From IMG/VR virus record IMGVR_UViG_3300017774_006254, positions 1 through 64,000 of that record: a stretch of 64,000 bases of DNA. One strand, 5' to 3'. Below the pieces are notes generated by a model, which saw only the letters and a list, made by a program, of their open reading frames with translations, was not told the origin of the DNA and ran no database searches. Positions 1 to 7,120 of the stretch are shown here, in pieces. Position 1 is the first letter of the stretch; every line of letters begins with the position of its first letter. Made by a program: the position numbers and the translations under genes. The DNA is from a virus.

Positions 1-620
1 GGCGTGTAAGTCTTGATGAACTCCAGGAAGTTCTTCAATGCGGCATCGCCACCGACGACATCAGCGTCGATTCCCCTGGCCCCTGCATCGAAGTCGGCCG
101 CCGCGATGAGCAGGTGCGCGAACTCCGCAGTGAGGTTGACCGCATCGTTGAACAGGCTTTCCACAGCGTGGCGCCGGTGCAGTCCGGTTTGCTTGTACCG
201 ATCGAGGTCCGTTGTGAAGCTGCTGGCCACGAAGCGAAGGAGGGACATCCCATGTCCTGCCCTGATGAGCGGGGGCAAAGCGTTCCAGCGCTGGAACAGG
301 TTTACGAAGACCTCCTCGACGGGTTTCGTGTCCATGTGCCCGTGAGGAAGGACCACTTCCAACGGGATGTGCTCGCGGCCGAGCGAAATGCAGTCGCCTG
401 ACCGGATCCTGATGTGGCTTGCCAGGGTCATCCCGTCATTGATGTAGACGTTCGCGCCAGTGGGAAGAAGCTCGACACGGTCGTCAAAGGACATGATGTA
501 CGCATGCCGCTTGGCGGCCTTGGGCACATACACGTCAGCCGTTTCTTCGCTTCCGATGATGACGATCGACTTGTGGAAATCTTGCCAGCGTCCGTCGTTC
601 AGAATTCTGATTGGGATCAT
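1..620 (-). CDS. FHA-like domain protein (runs off the window start; not in the ORF track)
   Basis: Translated by hand from ATG 620: MIPIRILNDGRWQDFHKSIVIIGSEETADVYVPKAAKRHAYI...NVYIN...IRSGDCISLG. This is the FHA pattern with degenerate GR and SxxH motifs. Frame stays open to position 1. Confidence 0.55.
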   Translation of the reverse strand, partial: MIPIRILNDGRWQDFHKSIVIIGSEETADVYVPKAAKRHAYIMSFDDRVELLPTGANVYINDGMTLASHIRIRSGDCISLGREHIPLEVVLPHGHMDTKPVEEVFVNLFQRWNALPPLIRAGHGMSLLRFVASSFTTDLDRYKQTGLHRRHAVESLFNDAVNLTAEFAHLLIAAADFDAGARGIDADVVGGDAALKNFLEFIKTYT

Positions 621-627
621 GTGGTCC

Positions 628-1125
628 TCAGAAGAAGATGTCGTTCTCGAAGCTGGCTGAACGAGCCATCGGTTTGAAAGCTTTGTAGGCTGCCAACGGT
701 AAGCCTTTCATGTGTTCGCGCACGAACGGGCCCCCGGTGACCGCCCACGCAGAGGCGATCTTCCTGATGGCTCCCGCACAGTCTTGGACGCCTGCGTCGT
801 CCAGTTCGATGTTCCAGCTCATCACCGTGTAGACTGGCAATGGGTAGCCGTACCGACCAAGGCACGCGAACACGGCGTTGCGTGCTCGGGCGCCTGGTCG
901 AAGAAGGGCTTGGTCGACAGAGAGGTCGTTAAGTCTGCCTTGCGCTGACCATTCTCTGGAGGCGAGCCAGAGGACGCTGTTGGTACTTTCGGTGCTCTCA
1001 CCAAGCGCTGCCAGAAGCGTTCGCAGGGCGCCGAAGTGCTCCGGGTTCACGCTCTTAAGACGCGCGTCAGGCGTGACGTCTGCGACGACCGTGGAGCGCA
1101 AAAGTTGTGAGAGCGTGTCGGTCAT
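628..1125 (-). CDS. hypothetical protein
   Basis: 165-aa ORF, ATGA-coupled to the upstream gene. Confidence 0.6.
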   Translation of the reverse strand: MTDTLSQLLRSTVVADVTPDARLKSVNPEHFGALRTLLAALGESTESTNSVLWLASREWSAQGRLNDLSVDQALLRPGARARNAVFACLGRYGYPLPVYTVMSWNIELDDAGVQDCAGAIRKIASAWAVTGGPFVREHMKGLPLAAYKAFKPMARSASFENDIFF

Positions 1126-1727
1126 CCGTCGGCCCGAGCGCGGCCGTGAAGCCTCGCGCGCTTGCGGTTCTTCAGGAGCTTCTTGGCGATGCTCGGGATC
1201 AGGTCGTGGCCGCGCTCAAGAGCGATGGTGTGGCACTCGTAGAGCGTGTCCTCCAGGAAGACGTCGACGGCGGGCTTCTTGTCGTCACGCCAGGATTCCA
1301 TCGCTTTCGTCATCAGCGAGATGAACGGCCACACCGTGACCTCGAACGCATCGTGAACGCTCTTGGGAGGCGTCAATTCAGCTGACGTGGTTCGAATCGT
1401 CTTCACCAGTGCGACGAGGTCCGTCCGCGGTTCCCAGTCAGGCCTGAACGACACGACGATGTCGGCTGTGCGGATCCAGACGTCGGCGATCTCCTCCTCG
1501 ACGGGGTCCTTCCCGACGCCCTTGTGACCCTGCACGGCCTCGTCCGCTTCGGTAACGATCAGCATCAGCTTGGTGGGCAACTTCTCCCACGTGGGGGCTT
1601 CCCAGCCGTTCTCGGCGTTGATCGAGCGCACCGTTGCCGCAAGCGTCGCGAGCAGGAAGGGGGCCTTGAATTTGTCGGATCCTTCAGCAATTGCGGTCAG
1701 ATCGTTATCCGTGAAAACGAGCGTCAT
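1122..1727 (-). CDS. MazG-like all-alpha NTP pyrophosphatase
   Basis: KLMLIVTEADEAVQG...VEEEIADVWIR...KKLLKNRKR matches the MazG ExxE/EExxD signature. Confidence 0.75.
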   Translation of the reverse strand: MTLVFTDNDLTAIAEGSDKFKAPFLLATLAATVRSINAENGWEAPTWEKLPTKLMLIVTEADEAVQGHKGVGKDPVEEEIADVWIRTADIVVSFRPDWEPRTDLVALVKTIRTTSAELTPPKSVHDAFEVTVWPFISLMTKAMESWRDDKKPAVDVFLEDTLYECHTIALERGHDLIPSIAKKLLKNRKRARLHGRARADG

Positions 1728-2017
1728 CAGTTCTCTCCTTTAAGGCGCCGAACCTCTTCGACGCGCTGCTTCTTCTCTTCGGCCTCTCGCGCTTGCTTGA
1801 GGCGGTTCATGTCGTTGTTGTGGAGCGTCTCCGAGTGAAGGTTGTCTTCCCATCGGTCACGATCGCTCCCGTCGTCGTCGGGGTAGCCTTGCTGAAGGAG
1901 AATGGGCTTTGGTTCCGGGGCAATTCTCGTCGCAAGGATTGAGGTGCCAGGATCTTCAGAGGAAGCCCACTCAAGGAACCTCTTCCTGAGTTCATCCCGG
2001 GTTGGCTTTTCGGTCAT
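1727..2017 (-). CDS. hypothetical protein
   Basis: ORF in the operon; start refined to MTEKP. Confidence 0.5.
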   Translation of the reverse strand: MTEKPTRDELRKRFLEWASSEDPGTSILATRIAPEPKPILLQQGYPDDDGSDRDRWEDNLHSETLHNNDMNRLKQAREAEEKKQRVEEVRRLKGEN

Positions 2018-2393
2018 CGTTGGCCTTTCTCCAGGCAAGAACGCTCTCGACGACGTGGTCCACAGCTTCTTCTGCTTGGTCGTTGTCGAGCATGTTCAGC
2101 CGCAAGATGCTGTGCTCGGTGTCTCCGAATTTGATTGTCACCGAGTACCCAATTGGGCTGTCGGCCATACGCATTGTCACGCCAGGCGTAGTGCACAGGT
2201 CGCGAAGCTTCATGAATGCTTTCCATCGCGGCCCAGGAACGCTCGGCTTGCCTGACAGCGTTTGGCGTCCTCCGGGCTCATGCGCACGCACGCTCAAGCC
2301 GACGGCCACGTCTGGATGCGATGCGTAAGCCTCATCCCAGTCTTGCCGAGCTTTCGCCCAGTCATCTCGCGTCCACTTGTCCATAGGTATCAT
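1992..2393 (-). CDS. hypothetical protein
   Basis: 133-aa ORF with a GAGG RBS. Confidence 0.55.
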   Translation of the reverse strand: MIPMDKWTRDDWAKARQDWDEAYASHPDVAVGLSVRAHEPGGRQTLSGKPSVPGPRWKAFMKLRDLCTTPGVTMRMADSPIGYSVTIKFGDTEHSILRLNMLDNDQAEEAVDHVVESVLAWRKANDDRKANPG

Positions 2394-2702
2394 TCGTCCT
2401 CGTCTTCCTGGTCATGCAGGTACTTCGCGTACGCGTAGAAAATTTCCACGAGAAGACCCGCGGCCATGACCAGTCCAACCAGCAAGGCCAGGTCTCCCGT
2501 GCTCATCGCCTCTCCCTGATGCTTGGAGCGATCGACCCGTCAGCGCGCATGCGGGCGACGATGCTGTCGTGGTCAATGTAGGCACTGCCGTCCGACTCCG
2601 TGTGATTGGCGTGTGCCTCGCTCTGTCCGCAGCGGGCGCAACAGTCCTCTTCTGGGATCTCGTCGATCCAACGCCCACCAGGCTGGAACTCGTGTTTGTC
2701 GG

Positions 2703-3005
2703 TCATCGGCATGGCTCTACGCGCCTTGGCACTTTCTCCAGGCACTCTTGGACGAATTCCTGGCCAACCGTGCTGCCAAGCCATTGAATTACAGTGGCTG
2801 CGACCACGGCATCTCGCTGTGTGAGCATTTCGTCGAGATCTCCGCGACCTCGCTGACCCTTAGCGTCGCGCATGAGGGTCTCCAGAAGACGACTGCTCTT
2901 CTGAAGCTCCTTCCACTTCTTCGCGAAGGCGACCTCCAGGGCGTTCGACATAGGGCTGCGCAGGCGAAGCTTGTGCTTCCCCTCGTGGCGAATCTTCTTG
3001 GGCAT
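2703..3005 (-). CDS. hypothetical phage protein
   Basis: 100 aa, contains VAATVIQWLGS; translationally coupled. Confidence 0.55.
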   Translation of the reverse strand: MPKKIRHEGKHKLRLRSPMSNALEVAFAKKWKELQKSSRLLETLMRDAKGQRGRGDLDEMLTQRDAVVAATVIQWLGSTVGQEFVQECLEKVPRRVEPCR

Positions 3006-3274
3006 CAGAACTTCGTCCCCTCGGTGATGACGGGTGTCGGCGCTTCCAGGATGGGCTCAGGCGCCATGAACGGGTCCTTCTTCAGGTCATCCGATGACGC
3101 GCCCGCAGCGGCACGGGCGAAGAACACAGCGGCCTCATAGGAACGTGCCTGCACGATGACTTCCATCTTGCGATCGATCCCAGAGGGGCCTTCGACCACT
3201 GCCTGGCACCACGTGGCGTCCGTTGGGGTCTCTTGGACGATATAACTTCCAAACGTCTGGGTTCGAGCTGTCAC
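3005..3274 (-). CDS. hypothetical protein
   Basis: Coupled ORF in the operon. Confidence 0.5.
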   Translation of the reverse strand: MTARTQTFGSYIVQETPTDATWCQAVVEGPSGIDRKMEVIVQARSYEAAVFFARAAAGASSDDLKKDPFMAPEPILEAPTPVITEGTKF

Positions 3275-3678
3275 AGTTTCGTACCTTCCGGGAGTTGAAT
3301 GAAAACCTTGTCGCCGATCATGACCTTCTCTTGGCTGATGTAACCGGCTGGAACTTCGAGGACGAAGTTAGACTCTGACGAGCCGAGGACAGGCGTCGTT
3401 CCTCCAGGCTGAACGTTCTTCGCCAAGTCCACGACACGGCCAACGCCTCCCCCAGCTTGGATGAAGATGAAGTCGATAGGGAACTTCATCTTGTCCACCG
3501 CCATCGCGATGGGCCGCTTGCGGGTGCGAAGGTTCTCGAAGTGAAACAACATGCCTTCGCCGTTGGCGAGACTGGGACTGCCATTGAGGCCCTGGACCTT
3601 TTCGCTCTCCGTGATAGCAAGGCGGGCGACCACCTTCGCGGTCACTCTGGGGAAGCGAACTTCCGCGATGGTGGTCAT
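3271..3678 (-). CDS. DUF192 family protein
   Basis: A.T..E...GL...GEGMLFHF...MKFPIDFIFI...VLEVPAGY...IGDKV signature. Confidence 0.85.
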   Translation of the reverse strand: MTTIAEVRFPRVTAKVVARLAITESEKVQGLNGSPSLANGEGMLFHFENLRTRKRPIAMAVDKMKFPIDFIFIQAGGGVGRVVDLAKNVQPGGTTPVLGSSESNFVLEVPAGYISQEKVMIGDKVFIQLPEGTKL

Positions 3679-3977
3679 TACTCCACTTCCAATTCTTCGA
3701 GCTGGTCCAGAAGCTTACGAATGCTGGGAATCGCCGCCGTCTTGAAAGCAGCGGCGCTGACAGGAACACCGTCCCCACCGCTCGTCATCGTCAGCTGGTT
3801 GCTCGTGAGTTCGAACGTGGCGTGTGGCACGTGCACGTGCACAAGCCACTCGCCCTCTGCGAGTTCTGGCTCCTTGACGAGTTCGCGCAGCTTGTCTGCG
3901 ACGTCGCGTCCTCTGGCGCCGTTGTCCGCCAGCTTGATGATATCGACGAGGTGCTGCTTGGTCCTGAGATCGATCAC
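3678..3977 (-). CDS. hypothetical protein
   Basis: Coupled ORF. Confidence 0.5.
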   Translation of the reverse strand: MIDLRTKQHLVDIIKLADNGARGRDVADKLRELVKEPELAEGEWLVHVHVPHATFELTSNQLTMTSGGDGVPVSAAAFKTAAIPSIRKLLDQLEELEVE

Positions 3978-5137
3978 TCTTGATTCTCCCGCAGTCCAGC
4001 AGCGACCGCCCCGGTCAAGGGGGCAACGCCCGCCACTGCGGCGGCGGCGCCGAACTGCTCACCGTGCTTGACGAGGAAGGCGATCTCGTCCCGGCAGGAC
4101 GTGAAGAACTTGGTGCTGAGCGCGGAGGTGCTGAAGGTGAGCTGAAGCTTGGCGACGTCTTCGAGCGTCTTCGAGCCTGCCACCTCGGGAGCGGATGCGG
4201 CGATGGTGTGGATCGCGCTCGCCATCGCCATCTTGACCAGTTCTCGCCCGGACTCCGAGCTGAGCAGATAGGCGGTGAGCGGGCTGTCGCCGAACATCTT
4301 CTCGGCCATCGCGAGGATGACTTCTCCTCCCTGGTTCACAGACGCGAGCTTCACGCCGTTGCCGATGGCGGAGAGCAGACTTGCGCCCTGTTCTTTGATG
4401 GGAGTCATCTCGGTGCGACGTGCGGGAGCGGCGGTTGCCTTGTCGATGGCCATTGGTTCTTCCTTCTTTGGTGGTTGTTGAGAAACGGTGAGCGGTTGAG
4501 AGCAGATGTTGGCTGCTGTGTCGAAGAGGGACTTGCCGGACAGGCTGTTTTGGAGGTCGAAAAGCATCACGACTCTTTCCCACATGGCCTTGGATTTGGC
4601 GGAGGAGGAGTAGCGTTTGCCAAGACCAGCTACGTCAGAAAGCAGAGCTGTGTCGCCGTACGTGTTGTACAAAACGACCTCGTCGTGAGCCGACGCGGAT
4701 CTGATTCGGAAGGTGTTTCCTTTGACAACAAGAACCAAGCCGTCGTCGTGCGAGGAATTGTCTTGGTAGTCGTTGATAGTCTTGGCAATAAGCCTCAGGT
4801 AGTCACCACGCGAAGCTGTCTGAATCCCGAACAGATTCTTGATATCTGTCACAGGGTCACGGCTCGCACCCAGTGTGTAGATGGCGCCTCGAACCCTGTC
4901 GTACGAGTCGTTGAACGAGTAGGGGCGTTGGGCTTTGCCTATGAAGTCTTCGATCTTCATAGCGCTGACGCACTGCGTTTTCCGATTGAACACGAAGACG
5001 TTGATGTTGGCGCCATCACCGAGAAGATCATGCTCTTCCTCGGCTCTGTTAACAGAGATGTCTTGGAAGTCCCAAGAGCGGCAGTGCTTGTTCACGTACT
5101 CGATGACAAGGTCACGGGCTTCGCGCTTGCTCATCAC
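3974..5137 (-). CDS. hypothetical protein
   Basis: 387-aa ORF, coupled at both ends. Confidence 0.65.
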   Translation of the reverse strand: MMSKREARDLVIEYVNKHCRSWDFQDISVNRAEEEHDLLGDGANINVFVFNRKTQCVSAMKIEDFIGKAQRPYSFNDSYDRVRGAIYTLGASRDPVTDIKNLFGIQTASRGDYLRLIAKTINDYQDNSSHDDGLVLVVKGNTFRIRSASAHDEVVLYNTYGDTALLSDVAGLGKRYSSSAKSKAMWERVVMLFDLQNSLSGKSLFDTAANICSQPLTVSQQPPKKEEPMAIDKATAAPARRTEMTPIKEQGASLLSAIGNGVKLASVNQGGEVILAMAEKMFGDSPLTAYLLSSESGRELVKMAMASAIHTIAASAPEVAGSKTLEDVAKLQLTFSTSALSTKFFTSCRDEIAFLVKHGEQFGAAAAVAGVAPLTGAVAAGLRENQE

Positions 5138-5820
5138 TCGTCTCCAGAAAGACGGTCGAGGGCTTCAAGGTTGGCAAGCTCTGGGTACCGCTCGAACAGC
5201 GCCTTGTTCAAGGCAACATTCAACACATCCTCGCGGATGTTTTTCACCATGGCCTCTGCGAGATCTGCGGCCCTCTTTCGAAGCAGAGCGTCCACTTCTT
5301 GCGCTACGCGCCCCTCGAACATACGCAGGTCTTCCTTGCTTGGACCTTCGGAAGTCAGTCTGTCGACGACCTTCTTCAAGCTTCCTTGAGAAAGCCAACC
5401 CGCTAGGACGGTCTTTGCCTCTTCCTTAGCAATGGACAGAAGCTCAGCGGCAATGACAGAGCCGTCCTTGATGCGACTCTCTCCGAATCTCTGCTCAAAG
5501 CCGATGGCAGCCATCATCATCTCGTCGAGCTTGTTCGCGAGCTTGACCCGGAGACGATTGCCCAGCTCTCCTCTCGAAAGAGGAAGCGATGGTGGCGCCA
5601 GCGCAGCCCTGAGCGAGGCCGCATCCTCAACGGTAAGAGGTACACCCGCTCGGATCGACTCCGTCGCCCGAAGACGATCAAGCGCGACGTTCTCGGCTTC
5701 CAGCTCTTCACGCGACTTTCCAAATTGCGTCCTGAGCGCATCGTTCACAAGCCTGTCCAGCTGAGTGAAGGCTCTTCCGCTAGGCTCTGGAACGAAACTG
5801 TACTCGTAGCCGGTCTTCAT
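5134..5820 (-). CDS. hypothetical helical protein
   Basis: 228 aa, AGGAG RBS; first gene of the leftward operon. Confidence 0.65.
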   Translation of the reverse strand: MKTGYEYSFVPEPSGRAFTQLDRLVNDALRTQFGKSREELEAENVALDRLRATESIRAGVPLTVEDAASLRAALAPPSLPLSRGELGNRLRVKLANKLDEMMMAAIGFEQRFGESRIKDGSVIAAELLSIAKEEAKTVLAGWLSQGSLKKVVDRLTSEGPSKEDLRMFEGRVAQEVDALLRKRAADLAEAMVKNIREDVLNVALNKALFERYPELANLEALDRLSGDE

Positions 5821-5822
5821 TG

Positions 5823-5851
5823 TTGCTCCTGTCTGACAGCCGGACTATAAA
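5823..5851 (+). promoter_or_regulatory. sigma70-like promoter with a TGTCTGACA palindrome in the spacer
   Basis: TTGCTC-17 bp-TATAAA; the spacer contains CTGTCTGACAG. Confidence 0.55.
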
Positions 5852-5879
5852 CAGTGTGTCGAAAGAATCAAGAGAAAAG

Positions 5880-6554
5880 ATGCCGACGTACCAATGCGTG
5901 AAGATCGCCGAGTTCTGGCATCTGACTCAAGAGCAGATGAACCCGCCGCCCATTCTGAGAGTAGGCAGCTACACCTCGTGCGCGAGGTGGGGGGAATTCA
6001 AGGTTGGCTACGAAAAGCGGATCCCGACGTGCCCAGAGTGCATGCGCCACGTGGCCGACTGGGAAAAGCGCTGCGCTGCACGTGCGCCCGCCGTCGTCGT
6101 GAAAGCCGAAGTAGTTGTCACCGTGTCTGACAAGCCTGCTATCGTACTACCCATGGAGAAGAAGATGCCCGAGAAGAAGCCAGAAACCGTTGCGAAGCCC
6201 GAGTCCCAGAACTTCCTGTGGGTGTGGTGCTGCACGTTCGACCCCGCCCACACGATCGATCGCGTCAAGCGTGTTGAGCAGGCCATCTCGGACGGCACGG
6301 TCGCCAAGTTGCTCAAGTTGCATGGCAAGGACGGCATCAACGCCGAACTCATGCGCTTGAAGATGTTGTCCAGCCTGAAGAAGGGGACCGACGTTGTCTG
6401 TGCGGAGTGTCAGATGCCGATGGAGAGGCTTGCAGGGCCCGAGGGTGTCTCAAGCAAGCTGGAGGCTACGCGAGCCGTGACCTCGGACTTCGGCAAGTAC
6501 ATCGAGCGCACGCGCTGCTTGCTTCGCGGGATGAACGAGGGGAACGATGAGTAA
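5880..6554 (+). CDS. Cys-containing hypothetical protein
   Basis: Start refined to MPTYQC; contains CPEC and CAEC motifs. Confidence 0.6.
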   Translation: MPTYQCVKIAEFWHLTQEQMNPPPILRVGSYTSCARWGEFKVGYEKRIPTCPECMRHVADWEKRCAARAPAVVVKAEVVVTVSDKPAIVLPMEKKMPEKKPETVAKPESQNFLWVWCCTFDPAHTIDRVKRVEQAISDGTVAKLLKLHGKDGINAELMRLKMLSSLKKGTDVVCAECQMPMERLAGPEGVSSKLEATRAVTSDFGKYIERTRCLLRGMNEGNDE

Positions 6555-6957
6555 GGCGAAGCTCATGCCAGCCAGGGGTCAGATTTGGATATCAAAGCCA
6601 AGGACTGGCGAGCGGATGAAGACCATCTACATCATCGGAACGCTTCGAGAGCACGGCTTTTTGAAGTCGGTCTGGGTTCACACTGCTGGCCTCTTGCGTG
6701 AGAAGCGAGTGTTGAAGGAGAAGACTCTGCTGGCTGGTTACACGTTCTTGAGGGAAGGCAGCGCTCTAGAAGAGCGAGTGATCTACGTCTCGAAGGACGC
6801 CTTGTTCGCAGTTGAGCAGACCGTTGTTGGTAATTCCGTGGAGACAGATCGTTTCCAGTACAAGGTCGTTGGCTTGAGCTTTCCGAAGAACTGCGGCGTG
6901 TTTGAGTCGAAATCGGCCGCCGTTGCTGCTGCGGAGAACGCTTCGCACGCGTGCTAG
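6547..6957 (+). CDS. hypothetical protein
   Basis: 136 aa, overlapping start with RBS. Confidence 0.55.
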   Translation: MSKAKLMPARGQIWISKPRTGERMKTIYIIGTLREHGFLKSVWVHTAGLLREKRVLKEKTLLAGYTFLREGSALEERVIYVSKDALFAVEQTVVGNSVETDRFQYKVVGLSFPKNCGVFESKSAAVAAAENASHAC

Positions 6958-6994
6958 GTTCCTGGGGTGTGAAGGGCCAGCGCGATGCTGTCTT

Positions 6995-7104
6995 AGCTCT
7001 GGCTTCGTGAGCGCCCATGTCCTTCATACCTGCGCCCAGCGAAAGCGACCCCACGCTAGACTGACGGAGTGGAATCGTCAGGCGCCACGCCCCCAGCCAG
7101 AGCT
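6995..7104 (-). ncRNA. candidate structured RNA between convergent genes
   Basis: 10-bp closing inverted repeat AGCTCTGGCT/AGCCAGAGCT enclosing CTGACG/CGTCAG and CTAGCG/CGCTGG hairpins. Confidence 0.3.
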
Positions 7105-7120
7105 GGTGAGGGCGGAGGTG

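Noticed and set aside
3980-5389. 469-aa plus-strand ORF, and similar long antisense ORFs (32087-32959, 33901-34758, 41513-42763, 50069-51223)
   Set aside because: These are shadow frames of GC3-biased minus-strand genes that have RBSs, coupling and plausible composition.
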